Positions 34,492-43,707 of a stretch of 64,000 bases of DNA are shown here, in pieces. The stretch is from Candidatus Limnocylindrales bacterium (GTDB taxonomy: Bacteria > Chloroflexota > Limnocylindria > QHBO01), in contig DATLGA010000059.1 in NCBI GenBank assembly GCA_035540715.1, positions 458 through 64,457 of the forward strand, read 5' to 3'. Positions within the stretch are counted from its first letter, which is position 1, and the number at the start of each line of letters is the position of its first letter. The notes beneath the pieces are model-generated. The model did no database searches, had not been told where the DNA came from, and saw only the letters and a program-made list of their open reading frames with translations. The position numbers and the translations under genes were made by a program.

Positions 34492-35222
34492 GGTCCGCCC
34501 TCGGCATCCGCGTCGGCATCGGCGTCGGGCTCTCGGTCGGCATCGAGGAAGGAGCGCAGGAGCGCGTTGAACTCGTCGGGGCACTCCCACATCGGAACGT
34601 GCCCCGCCCCCTCGATCTCGGCGTACCGGCCGTGCGGGACCCGGTCCGCGGCCGCGCGCCCGATCGGCGGTGGCACGAGCCGATCGCCGCTGCCCCACAC
34701 CAGCAGCGTCGGCACGTCGATCCGGGGCAGCTGCGCGGTGACGTCGGCCGCCAGGAGCTGACGGGCCGCAGAGGCGATCGTCAGCGGGCCGGCCCGCGCG
34801 GCGTCGCGGGCGAGCACCGGCACGAAGCGCGGGACCACGGTCGTCACGGACCGCAGGATGTTCCACGCGTGGCGCGGCAGCCCCCACTCGAACGGCACCA
34901 CGGGGGCCGCCACGAGGACGAGCCGGTCGACGAGGTCGGGGCGCTCAGCGGCGAGCTGTGCCGCCACGAGACCGCCCATCGAGTGGCCGACCAGGCCCAC
35001 GCGTCCCGCGTCGCCGGCAAGCTCCGCGGCGAGCGCCTCGGCCGCACGGTCGAGGCGAAACGGTCCGGAGCGCCGCCGCTCGCCGAACCCGAGCAGGTCG
35101 ACGGCCACCACCCGGTGGTCGCGGCCGAGGTCCGCCGCCGTGTGGCGCCACCATCGCCTGGAGCCCGAGAGGCCGTGAACGAGCACGATCGTGCCCGAGC
35201 CGGCCGGTGCCACGGTTGCCAT
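34488..35222 (-). CDS. Alpha/beta hydrolase with acidic Asp/Ala repeat tail
   Basis: Contains VLVHGL, nucleophile elbow GHSMGG and catalytic His region GAGHVPMWE. The C-terminus reads DADREPDADADADAEGGP. Confidence 0.8.
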   Translation of the reverse strand: MATVAPAGSGTIVLVHGLSGSRRWWRHTAADLGRDHRVVAVDLLGFGERRRSGPFRLDRAAEALAAELAGDAGRVGLVGHSMGGLVAAQLAAERPDLVDRLVLVAAPVVPFEWGLPRHAWNILRSVTTVVPRFVPVLARDAARAGPLTIASAARQLLAADVTAQLPRIDVPTLLVWGSGDRLVPPPIGRAAADRVPHGRYAEIEGAGHVPMWECPDEFNALLRSFLDADREPDADADADAEGGP

Positions 35223-35379
35223 GGCCGCCGGGCATGCAGGCACCGCGCCATGGATGGCTACCACAACACGGATGGCGTGGGGCCGAATCGCGGGAGATGG
35301 GGCTCCACCCCAGCCGGCAGACGAGTCTCCTGGGGTGTCCCCGCATGGCAACGACTCCTCGGGTATCCTTCGACACGAC

Positions 35380-35455
35380 GCGGGAGTAGCTCAGTTGGCA
35401 GAGCGTCAGCCTTCCAAGCTGAATGTCGCGGGTTCGATCCCCGTCTCCCGCTCCA
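35380..35455 (+). tRNA. tRNA-Gly (anticodon UCC), CCA encoded
   Basis: Cloverleaf folded by hand: acceptor GCGGGAG/CTCCCGC, D-arm GCTC-AGTTGGCA-GAGC, anticodon stem TCAGC/GCTGA with loop CTTCCAA, T-arm GCGGG-TTCGATC-CCCGT, discriminator T, then CCA. Confidence 0.93.
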
Positions 35456-35469
35456 TCACCCCACCGGAC

Positions 35470-35823
35470 TCAGGACGGCGGACAGGCCGTCTCGTCGTCC
35501 CACACCGGGTTCGTCGGGTTGCGGCCCAGGAAGTACTCCGCGGTGCACTCGCCGAGACCGAGGACCGGCCCCTGCAGGCGCAGCCGCTCGACGTCGCTCA
35601 TGTTGAAGGTTCGCGACGGAGGGCCGGCCGAGAGGATCGCGTCGCCCCACGCGCCGCAGCCGGCGGCATCGACGCCCGACCACGCGTCGCACTCGATCGT
35701 CACGCCGGACTGAACGGCCGACGGCGCCTCGACCGGCGAACGCAGCACGAACAGGTACACGGCCGCGCCGAGCAGCAACGCGATCACGACCACGACGACG
35801 ATCCGGACGGCCATCGCGCGCAT
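35470..35823 (-). CDS. Hypothetical membrane-anchored/secreted protein (117 aa, 4 Cys)
   Basis: N-terminal hydrophobic helix VRIVVVVVIALLLGAAVYLFVL. High GC3. No family recognised. Confidence 0.55.
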   Translation of the reverse strand: MRAMAVRIVVVVVIALLLGAAVYLFVLRSPVEAPSAVQSGVTIECDAWSGVDAAGCGAWGDAILSAGPPSRTFNMSDVERLRLQGPVLGLGECTAEYFLGRNPTNPVWDDETACPPS

Positions 35824-35876
35824 GATGCCCGAACGACCGAGCGCCGGCGAGAGCGACGTGCGTATGCTCGGAGCCG

Positions 35877-37568
35877 ATGCGCCCGCTCGCCCCTCCCTTC
35901 GACGCCATCGCCGCGGGCCGGCCGGCGGAGGTCGGCATCGGCGGCACGACCCTGCTGGCCGATCGACTCCTGACCAAGGACCTCGCCTTCACGCCGGAGG
36001 AGCGCGACGCCTTCCGGCTTCGCGGCCTCCTGCCCGACCGCGTCATGTCGATCGACGAGCAGGTCGAGCTCGAGCTCGAGCGCCTTCACCGGAAGGCCGA
36101 TCCGCTCGAGCGCTACATCGGCCTGGCGGCCCTCCAGGACCGCAACGCGACCCTCTTCTACCGAGTGCTGGCGGAGAACCTCGAGGAGCTCATGCCGATC
36201 GTCTACACGCCGACGGTGGGCCTCGCGTGCCAGGAGTTCAGCCACATCCTGCGACGGACGCGCGGCACGTGGATCACGCCGGCGGATCGAGACCGCATTC
36301 CCGAGCTGCTCCGCAACGGTCCGTTCGCGGACGTGCGGCTCATCGTGGTCACCGACAACGAGCGCATCCTCGGGCTCGGCGACCTGGGCGCCGGCGGCAT
36401 GGCGATCCCCATCGGCAAGCTGGCCCTCTACACCGCCGCCTGCGGCATCTACCCTGCCGTCACGCTCCCGGTGAGCCTGGACGTCGGGACCGACAACGCC
36501 GCACTGCTCGACGACCCCCTCTACATCGGCCATCGGGCGCCGAGGCTGCGCGGCGCCGAGTACGACTCGCTGGTCGACGCGTTCGTCGACGGTGTCCAGG
36601 AAGTGTGGCCCGGCTGCGTGATCCAGTGGGAGGACTTCAAGCACCACAACGCCCTGCGCATCCTGGACCGATACCGCGAGCGAGTCCCCAGCTTCAACGA
36701 CGACGTCCAGGGCACGGCCGCGGTGGTCCTCGCCGGCCTGCTCGCGGCCATGCGCCACCTCGACCGGCCCCTCGCGGCGCAACGGATCCTGCTCGTCGGA
36801 GCCGGGGCCGCGGGCATCGGCATCGCGCGCCTCCTCCGCGCCGCGCTCCTGTCGGAAGGCCTCTCGCCAGCCGAGGCGACACGGGTGCTGCGGCTCGTCG
36901 ACTCGCGCGGCCTGGTCCACGCCGGCAGGACCGACCTCGACGCCGAGAAGGCGGCCTTCGCTTCGCCATCACCCGATCCGGACGCGCCGGCGACCCTCGC
37001 CGAGGCCGTTCGCTCGGTGCGGCCGACGATCCTGATCGGCACGACGGGCGTCGCCGGCACCTTCACCGAAGCGGTCGTGCGCGAGGTGGCCGACGGCTGT
37101 GACCGGCCGGTGATCATGCCGCTGTCGAACCCGACCGCCGTGGCCGAGGCCCGGCCCGCGGACGTCCTTCGCTGGTCGCACGGGCGCGCGCTCGTCGCGA
37201 CCGGCAGCCCGTTCGCACCGGTGAACCTCGACGGGCACCGGCGCGAGATCGGGCAGGCGAACAACGTCTTCGTCTTCCCCGGCCTCGGGCTGGGCGCCAT
37301 CGCCTCCGGCGCATCCCGGATCACCGACGAGATGGTCCTCGCCGCGGCCCGCACGCTCGCCGACGCTACCGCTCGCGACCGGCTCGAGGCCGGAGCGCTC
37401 TACCCTCCCGTCTCCGCGCTCCGGGCGGTATCACGGGCGGTGGCCGGAGCCGTCGCGCGCGTCGCGGTCGGGTCGGGCCTCGCTCCGCACGCGCACCAAT
37501 CCGAGATCGACGCGGCCATCGACGCGGCGATGTGGTGGCCGGCGTACGTCCCCTACCGCCCGGGGTAA
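35877..37568 (+). CDS. NAD(P)-dependent malic enzyme (full-length, oxaloacetate-decarboxylating type)
   Basis: Contains LQDRNATLFY, MPIVYTPTVG, VVTDNERILGLGDLG, FNDDVQGTA, GAGAAG and PLSNPT, all typical malic-enzyme motifs. Confidence 0.92.
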   Translation: MRPLAPPFDAIAAGRPAEVGIGGTTLLADRLLTKDLAFTPEERDAFRLRGLLPDRVMSIDEQVELELERLHRKADPLERYIGLAALQDRNATLFYRVLAENLEELMPIVYTPTVGLACQEFSHILRRTRGTWITPADRDRIPELLRNGPFADVRLIVVTDNERILGLGDLGAGGMAIPIGKLALYTAACGIYPAVTLPVSLDVGTDNAALLDDPLYIGHRAPRLRGAEYDSLVDAFVDGVQEVWPGCVIQWEDFKHHNALRILDRYRERVPSFNDDVQGTAAVVLAGLLAAMRHLDRPLAAQRILLVGAGAAGIGIARLLRAALLSEGLSPAEATRVLRLVDSRGLVHAGRTDLDAEKAAFASPSPDPDAPATLAEAVRSVRPTILIGTTGVAGTFTEAVVREVADGCDRPVIMPLSNPTAVAEARPADVLRWSHGRALVATGSPFAPVNLDGHRREIGQANNVFVFPGLGLGAIASGASRITDEMVLAAARTLADATARDRLEAGALYPPVSALRAVSRAVAGAVARVAVGSGLAPHAHQSEIDAAIDAAMWWPAYVPYRPG

Positions 37569-37576
37569 CCCCGACG

Positions 37577-38704
37577 TCAGCCCAGCTCCGCGAGGACCGC
37601 CGCGGTGTGCTCACCGAGCCCCGGCGGCGGACGGCGAACCGGCGCCAGCCTGTCGCCGACCCGGATCGGGCTCGGCGCCACGGCGATCCCGCCCGTCCGC
37701 TGGATCCACGGGCCGTTCGTCGCCTCGAGCGCGGCCACCGCCGCGGCCATGTCGTTCACCGGACCCGCCGGCACGTCGGCTTCGGCGAGTGCCGCGAGCA
37801 GGTCGTCACGCGAGCGCTCGGCGATCGCGCCGGCGAGCCACGGCGTGAGTGCTGCTCGCCGTTCCACGCGCTCCGGGTTCGTGGAGAACCGGTCCTCGAC
37901 ATCCTCCAGGCCGAGGATGCGGAGCAGCGCCGCAAACTGCTCATCGTTCCCGACGGCGACGACGATGTGCCCGTCGCTGGCCTCGAACGCCTCGTACGGC
38001 GCGATGTTCGGGTGCGCGTTGCCGTGGCGCGCCGGTGGCTCGCCGGTGGCGAGGTGGCTGCCGAGAACGTTGATCATGCCTGCGACGCCCGCCTCGACGA
38101 GGTTCACGTGCACGGCCCGGGCGCCGTCGGGACCGCGTGCGAGAAGGGCGGCGAGCGCTCCGACCGCGCACTCGAGGCCGGCCAGCAGATCGAGCAGCGC
38201 CACGCCGGCCTTCGTCGGCGGCCCGCCGGCTTCGCCGGTGACCGACATGAGGCCGCTGACCGCCTGCGCGAGCAGGTCGTAGGCGGGCCGATCGGCATCG
38301 GCTCCGGGAAAGCCGCCGATGCTGGCGACGACGAGGTCGGGGTGCCGTGCGCGCAGCGCATCGGTCTCGAGACGCAGGCGGCTGGCCGTCCGAGGACGGT
38401 AGTTGTGAACCAGCAGGTCCGCCGTCTCGAGGAGCTTGCCCAGCGTGGAGCGACCGTCGGGCGAGCGAAGGTCGAGGACGATCGAGCGCTTGTTGCGGTT
38501 CACCGACGCGAAGTACGCGCTGCGACCCTCCGCCGGATCGCCCCACCAGGGCGGGCCCCAGCGGCGCGATTCGTCGCCGTCCGGCGGCTCGACCTTGATG
38601 ACGTCCGCGCCCAGGTCGCCGAGCAGCATGGTGGCGAACGGCCCGGCCAGGACGCGGCTGAGGTCGATCACCCTGATCCCGGCCAGCGGCAGCGCATCGG
38701 TCAT
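37577..38704 (-). CDS. Family III CoA-transferase (CaiB/BaiF type)
   Basis: N-terminus LAGIRVIDLSRVLAGPFATMLLGDLGADVIKVEPP, and the length is typical of the family. Confidence 0.88.
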   Translation of the reverse strand: MTDALPLAGIRVIDLSRVLAGPFATMLLGDLGADVIKVEPPDGDESRRWGPPWWGDPAEGRSAYFASVNRNKRSIVLDLRSPDGRSTLGKLLETADLLVHNYRPRTASRLRLETDALRARHPDLVVASIGGFPGADADRPAYDLLAQAVSGLMSVTGEAGGPPTKAGVALLDLLAGLECAVGALAALLARGPDGARAVHVNLVEAGVAGMINVLGSHLATGEPPARHGNAHPNIAPYEAFEASDGHIVVAVGNDEQFAALLRILGLEDVEDRFSTNPERVERRAALTPWLAGAIAERSRDDLLAALAEADVPAGPVNDMAAAVAALEATNGPWIQRTGGIAVAPSPIRVGDRLAPVRRPPPGLGEHTAAVLAELG

Positions 38705-38745
38705 GGGCGGAGGGTAGCGCGGCGGCTGGCACGACGGCCGCTAGC

Positions 38746-39654
38746 ATGGACGCTATGAAGATCGGACTGATGCTGCCGCTCGGCGCCGACGAGTCGGGCG
38801 GCTGGAACAACCTGCGCGACCTCGCGATGACCGCCGACCGGGAGGGGCTCGACTCCGTCTGGGGCGCCGACCACCTGGTCTTCCGCGACGCCGACGGCGA
38901 GTGGCACGGCATCCACGAGTCGTGGACGGTCCTGACGGCGATCGCCGCGGTCACCGAGCGAGTGGAGATCGGGCCGATGGTCCTCGCGCTCCCGTTCCGG
39001 AACCCGGCCCTCACCGCGAAGATGGCCGCCGAGCTGGACGCGGTCAGCGGCGGACGGCTGATCCTGGGCGTCGGCTGTGGCTGGCACCGGCCGGAGTTCG
39101 AGGCCTTCGACTACCCGTTCGACCACCGGGTCGGCCGCTTCGAGGAGGCGCTCGAGATTCTCGTGCCGCTCCTCCGCGGCGAGACGGTCACGTTCGAGGG
39201 CCGATGGCACCGCGCCGCCGAGGCGCGCCTCCTCCCACCGCCGATCCGCCCCGATCTGCCGATCCTCATCGCCGGCAAGCAGCCGCGCATGCTGAGCCTC
39301 GTGGCCCGGCACGCGGACCAGTGGAACGCCGCCTGGTACGGCGATCCGGCGGACGCGGACGAGCTGCGAACCCGCCTCGAGAACCTGGGGCGCGCACTCG
39401 CCGAGGAGGATCGCGACGGCTCCAGCCTCGAGCGGACGGCCGGCATCTTCGTCGCGCTGGCCGACGACGACGACGCACCCAAGACCGCCATTCGGGGGAG
39501 CACCGAGGAGGTCGCCGATGCGCTGGCCCGCTACGCCGAGCTCGACCTCCGGCACCTCATCGCCCATACCTGGCCGCGCACGCCGGACGCCGTCGCGCGG
39601 CTCGCCGAAGCGGCGGCCATGGCCCGCGATCGGCTCGGCGTCCCCGTCGCGTAG
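38746..39654 (+). CDS. LLM-class (luciferase-like) flavin/F420-dependent oxidoreductase
   Basis: Contains MKIGLMLP, GLDSVWGADHL, the GGRLILGVGCGW motif and a FEGRWH segment. Confidence 0.85.
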   Translation: MDAMKIGLMLPLGADESGGWNNLRDLAMTADREGLDSVWGADHLVFRDADGEWHGIHESWTVLTAIAAVTERVEIGPMVLALPFRNPALTAKMAAELDAVSGGRLILGVGCGWHRPEFEAFDYPFDHRVGRFEEALEILVPLLRGETVTFEGRWHRAAEARLLPPPIRPDLPILIAGKQPRMLSLVARHADQWNAAWYGDPADADELRTRLENLGRALAEEDRDGSSLERTAGIFVALADDDDAPKTAIRGSTEEVADALARYAELDLRHLIAHTWPRTPDAVARLAEAAAMARDRLGVPVA

Positions 39655-39696
39655 GGCCGTGGGGCCGACCGGCTGATCGCCTGACGGAGACCGAGG

Positions 39697-40293
39697 CTAT
39701 CCCGCCGCGCTGAGAAGTACGTGGCGCACCGGCCGACGGCCTCGGCGGATCCGGGCCAGGGTCCCGGCCACGATCCGCTGCCCGCAGGTCTCGCACACGT
39801 GCCAGCGCCCGTCGCGCCGGAGCTGGACGCGGTGCTCGGGCACCAGGATCCGCCACGTCCGTCGCGGCCGGGCCCGAAGGTCCGCCCGACGTCGCGCCGC
39901 CAGCTCCGCGGCCCCCGGGATGCCGAGAGCGGCCGCATGCCGCAGCGAGCTCGGATACCGACCGGCCTCGAGCCGAAGCGCGTCGTGGGTCGGAATCGCG
40001 TGCCGGGCATACAGGCGGAAGGCCGTGCGGTAGAAGGCGATGCCGTGGTGCGTGGCGCCGCGCCGGCGCCGCGCCGGCGGCGGATTCAGCCAATGCGCGA
40101 GCTCGTGCAGCAGCGTCAGCCGCTGATCGAGCGGGTCCGACCCGGCACGAACGACGATCGACCCGTCGAAGCGGCGAGCGACGCCGGTCGAATGCTCGCC
40201 GGTCCGCCGGCGCCACGTCAGGCGCGGCGGCGCGACCTCGGCCTCGTCGCAGACCGCCGCCACCAGGTCGGCGGCCCATGCGGGCGGCGTCAT
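39697..40293 (-). CDS. SprT-like / HExxH metalloprotease-like protein with C-terminal CxxC element
   Basis: Contains LLHELAHW (HExxH), an SprT-like N-terminal RRRTG..STGVAR...I pattern, and HVCETCG near the C-terminus. ATG 40293 overlaps the upstream stop (ATGA). Confidence 0.55.
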   Translation of the reverse strand: MTPPAWAADLVAAVCDEAEVAPPRLTWRRRTGEHSTGVARRFDGSIVVRAGSDPLDQRLTLLHELAHWLNPPPARRRRGATHHGIAFYRTAFRLYARHAIPTHDALRLEAGRYPSSLRHAAALGIPGAAELAARRRADLRARPRRTWRILVPEHRVQLRRDGRWHVCETCGQRIVAGTLARIRRGRRPVRHVLLSAAG

Positions 40294-40568
40294 CGGCGCT
40301 CGCGGAGCAGGCGCCCGACCTCCAGCAACCACGCGTCCAGCGCCGGGTCGGCGTAGCGATCATCGTCGTACGTGAATGCCGTCATCTCGGATCCATGGGC
40401 GTCGACGTATTCGGCCGGCGAGACGGAACCGAACGGGAACGCGCGCGCGGCAAGGGCCTGGCGTTCGGGTGAGGCCACCGGCCGCTCCGCCGGCGCCGGA
40501 CGGCGCGCGTCGTGGCGGTCCCTCCATCGGTCCGTCAGCTCGGTGAGTCGGGCCCGGGTGCGATCCAT
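40290..40568 (-). CDS. Hypothetical protein (92 aa), coupled to the SprT-like gene
   Basis: High GC3 and ATGA coupling to the downstream gene. No family recognised. Confidence 0.5.
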   Translation of the reverse strand: MDRTRARLTELTDRWRDRHDARRPAPAERPVASPERQALAARAFPFGSVSPAEYVDAHGSEMTAFTYDDDRYADPALDAWLLEVGRLLRERR

Positions 40569-40598
40569 CGGTGCTCCGATGATAGGCCGGCTGGATGG

Positions 40599-42983
40599 TC
40601 AGATCGACGCCGGATCGCGCACCGCACGCTCGGGGACGCCCTCGTAGAGGCCGAGGCGCGCCACGCTGCGCTGCACCCAGCGCGGCGCCCACCAGTTCAC
40701 CGATCCGGCGACTCGCATGAACGCCGGGACGAGCACGCCACGAACGATCGTCGCATCGATCAGCACGGCCAGCGCCATGCTGAAGCCGAGCGCCTTGATG
40801 AGCGCCACCGAGCTGAGCGCGAAGGCGCCGAAGACGGCGACCATGATCAGCGCCGCCCCGGTGATGATTCCCCCCGTGATGCCGACCCCCTCCTCGACGG
40901 CCCGCGCGTTGTCGCCGGTGATGAGGAACCGCTCGCGAATGCGCGACAGGAGAAGGATCTCGTAGTCCATCGAGAGGCCGAACAGGACCGCGAACATGAT
41001 GATCGGCGTGCTCGCGATGATCGTCCCGGAGGGCTCGAAGTTCAGCAGCCCCGACAGATGACCCTCCTGGAAGATCCACACCAGCGCGCCGAAGCTCGCG
41101 GTGACGCTGAGCAGGCTCATGAGCACCGCCTTGAGCGGCAGGAAGATCGAGCCGAAGGTCAGGAACAGGACCAGTCCGGTCACCGACACGACGATGAGCA
41201 CGGCCCACACCACCGAGCCGGAGAACGAGGCCATGAAGTCGCGGGAGCGCGCCGAGAGGCCGCTCGTGAGGACCTCGCCGGCCGAGGGCGGAGCGGCAAC
41301 CGCGCGCACGTCGTCGACGAGCGCGCGCCCCTCCGCCGAGTCGGGCAGCCGGCCCGAGAACACCTCGATCGCGATGACGTCGCCGGCCACCCGCTGCTCG
41401 AGCCACGCGCCGACGAACGCGGCCTCCGGGGGGCGCTGTCCCTCCGGGAGGGCGAGGAGCTGGCGATAGGTGGCCTCGTCGAGCCCGGGCGGAGGGTCCA
41501 ACGGGCTGGCCACCGACGTGACGCCGTCGACCGCCTCGAGCCGTCCGACGTAGGCGTCGAGCTCCTCGATCCATGCCACTGGCAGGGCCCCGTTCTCCAG
41601 GACGGGGCCCTCGGCGCGGAGGGCCACCTCCACCGGGTCGGTGCCGCCGCCGGGGAACTCGTCGGCCAGGATCCGGAAGCCCTCGACGCTCGCCGACGGC
41701 GGCAGGTCGTCGAGGTTGCCACCGGTCGAGAGCTGGATGCCGAAGAACGGGGTTCCGGCGAGGAGAAGGACGAGCAGGAACGGCGTGGCGACGAGGATCG
41801 GCCGGCGCATGACCCGCCGCGCGATGCGGCCCCAGATCCCGTTGCCCTGCCGGGCCGCCGCGGCGGCCGGATCTTCCTCGACGAGTCGGAGGGCGCGCGG
41901 CAGCGGGATCCGCAGCCGGTTCACCCGCGGGCCGAGCATGCCGAGGATGGCTGGCAGCACGGTGAGCCCGAAGAGAAGCGTCGACAGGACGGTGACCACG
42001 CCGCCGATGCCCATCGACCGCAGGGCCGGCGACTCGAAGAGGGTCAGGCTCGACAACCCGATGGCGACGGCCACGCCGCTGATGGCGACGGCCTTGCCAA
42101 CCGTCGCCATCGTGTGCTCGACCGCGTCGGGCACCGACCGGTGGCGGAGCTCCTCCCGGAATCGGCTCACGGTGAACAGCGAGTAGTCGATCGAGAGCGC
42201 CAGGCCGATCATCGTGGTCACGTTGACGACGAAGATGCTCATCTCGGTCACGCCGGCGAGGAGCCCGATGACCGCGATCGAGCTCGGCAGCGCCATCGCC
42301 GCGATGACGAGCGGGAGGGCCGCGCCGACGAGCGAGCCGAACACGGCGAGCAGGATGACGAGCGCGAGCGGCAGGCTCACGAGCTCGGCGCGGATGAGAT
42401 CCCGCTCCACCGCCTCGTTGAACTCGAACTGGACCACCGGCACGCCCGTCACGATCGTCTCGACGCCGGCCGGTCGCTCGATGAGCTCGTCGAGGTGCTC
42501 GACGTCGTCGACGGCGTCCTCCATCCCCTCGTTGAGGCGGACGAGCGCGAAGGTCCGATCGCCGTCGGCGCTCACGAACGACGGGTCACCGACGTCGGCA
42601 TAGGTCAGGATCTCGTCGACGATCGGCTCGTCCGCAAGGGGAGCCACGGCGGCGGCGACGGTCGCCTGGAAGCCGGGCGACGCGGCGTCGCCGTCGGGAT
42701 CGGTCAGGATGACGATGAGGCTCGAGGCCTGCTCCCCGAAGCGCTCGGCGAGGAGCGCGTCCCCGCGCGCCGCCTCCGACCCGGGGACCTGCCAGCCGCC
42801 CTGGCTCAGCCGCGCGGCGGCGGTGATCGACCACAGGTTCAGACCGATGACGAGCGCGATGCCGATCATGGGCAGCACGCGCCGCCAGCGGTACGTGAAC
42901 CGGCCGAGGGCGGCGAAGGCGCCGTTGCGGGCGACCGCGTCGCCGATCAATACTGAATCGTCGTTCACCATGCCGTCCGGCAC
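40599..42983 (-). CDS. MMPL-family (RND superfamily) membrane transporter
   Basis: 794 aa with two 6-TM bundles and two extracytoplasmic domains. MMPL-type motifs include SLGLALSIDYSLF and GLSMDYEILLLSRIRE. Start is GTG 42983 or ATG 42971. Confidence 0.9.
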   Translation of the reverse strand: MPDGMVNDDSVLIGDAVARNGAFAALGRFTYRWRRVLPMIGIALVIGLNLWSITAAARLSQGGWQVPGSEAARGDALLAERFGEQASSLIVILTDPDGDAASPGFQATVAAAVAPLADEPIVDEILTYADVGDPSFVSADGDRTFALVRLNEGMEDAVDDVEHLDELIERPAGVETIVTGVPVVQFEFNEAVERDLIRAELVSLPLALVILLAVFGSLVGAALPLVIAAMALPSSIAVIGLLAGVTEMSIFVVNVTTMIGLALSIDYSLFTVSRFREELRHRSVPDAVEHTMATVGKAVAISGVAVAIGLSSLTLFESPALRSMGIGGVVTVLSTLLFGLTVLPAILGMLGPRVNRLRIPLPRALRLVEEDPAAAAARQGNGIWGRIARRVMRRPILVATPFLLVLLLAGTPFFGIQLSTGGNLDDLPPSASVEGFRILADEFPGGGTDPVEVALRAEGPVLENGALPVAWIEELDAYVGRLEAVDGVTSVASPLDPPPGLDEATYRQLLALPEGQRPPEAAFVGAWLEQRVAGDVIAIEVFSGRLPDSAEGRALVDDVRAVAAPPSAGEVLTSGLSARSRDFMASFSGSVVWAVLIVVSVTGLVLFLTFGSIFLPLKAVLMSLLSVTASFGALVWIFQEGHLSGLLNFEPSGTIIASTPIIMFAVLFGLSMDYEILLLSRIRERFLITGDNARAVEEGVGITGGIITGAALIMVAVFGAFALSSVALIKALGFSMALAVLIDATIVRGVLVPAFMRVAGSVNWWAPRWVQRSVARLGLYEGVPERAVRDPASI

Positions 42984-43019
42984 TGTACGCCTTGCGCGAA
43001 GGGTGCGTCAAACCGCAGA

Positions 43020-43655
43020 ATGAACGACAATTCACCTCTGCCGGAGGCGACCTCGATGCCACGAACCAGTGCGGAGCACGCGACGGAGATGCGCCAGCGG
43101 ATTCTCGACGGCGCGCATCGGGCCATGCTCAGCGGTGGCTACCACGGGACGACGATGCCGGCCATCGCTGCCGAGGCCGAGGTGAGCGTCGGCCTCCTCT
43201 ATCGGTACTTCGAGAGCAAGGAAGAGCTCTACCTCGCGATGTGCGAGGGCGTGACCCAGGCGAACCTCGACGAGCTGGCCGTGCAGATGAGCCGGATCAG
43301 CGACCCGCGGGAGCGGCTGGCGGCCGCGATCCGCACCTACATCGAGAGCCTCGAGACCGAGCGCTGGGGCGCGATCGTCACCGCCGGGTGGGCGGAGGCC
43401 GATGTCAAGCCGGCCCTCCGCGACCTCCTTCGCCGTCGCTGCGATCAGGTGCGTGCCTTCGCGGCGATGTTCCTGCGCGAGGCGATCGCCGCCGGGGAGG
43501 TCGAACCGACGGTCGACGTCGAGGAGTTCACCGTCGCGGCGACGATGCTCATGGACGGCGTGATCGCCCACCAGGCCGAGGCCGGCGACCGGTTCGACGC
43601 GGGCCTCGTCGAGCGGGCCGTCATCGGCCTGCTCGGGTCGATCCTCCGCCGCTGA
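43020..43655 (+). CDS. TetR-family transcriptional regulator, divergent from the MMPL gene
   Basis: The HTH region RQRILDGAHRAMLSGGYHGTTMPAIAAEAEVSVGLLYRYFESKEELY is the TetR_N signature. Confidence 0.88.
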   Translation: MNDNSPLPEATSMPRTSAEHATEMRQRILDGAHRAMLSGGYHGTTMPAIAAEAEVSVGLLYRYFESKEELYLAMCEGVTQANLDELAVQMSRISDPRERLAAAIRTYIESLETERWGAIVTAGWAEADVKPALRDLLRRRCDQVRAFAAMFLREAIAAGEVEPTVDVEEFTVAATMLMDGVIAHQAEAGDRFDAGLVERAVIGLLGSILRR

Positions 43656-43707
43656 GCCGGGTCCTCCCGGCTATGATCCGCCGCGTGACGCGATCCCGCC
43701 CTCGCCC

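Noticed and set aside
34497-34530. Short tandem GCATCG/GCGTCG repeats, and the CCG tract at 20903-20932, considered as possible CRISPR or other non-coding repeats
   Set aside because: Both are in-frame low-complexity coding tracts (Asp/Ala tail, poly-Gly linker). There is no repeat-spacer architecture anywhere in the window.
35380-35455. tRNA-Gly as a possible integration site for a genomic island
   Set aside because: No integrase, no recombinase and no obvious direct repeat of the tRNA 3' end were seen on either side. Flanking genes (hydrolases, malic enzyme) look like core metabolism with the same GC content.
35191-35973. 260-aa plus-strand ORF spanning the tRNA-Gly gene
   Set aside because: It reads straight through a canonical tRNA and through the antisense of the 117-aa membrane protein gene, and has a low-complexity composition.
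40512-42956. 814-aa plus-strand ORF opposite the MMPL gene
   Set aside because: Antisense shadow ORF, extremely rich in Arg/Asp/Glu/His/Gly. The minus-strand frame encodes 12 clear transmembrane helices.
42972-43019. Possible TetR operator in the very short MMPL/TetR divergent spacer
   Set aside because: Only a weak near-palindrome (TTGCGCGAA, flanked by ACGC...GCGT) is visible. That is not convincing enough to call a site by eye, although regulation of the MMPL gene by the TetR protein is likely on positional grounds.
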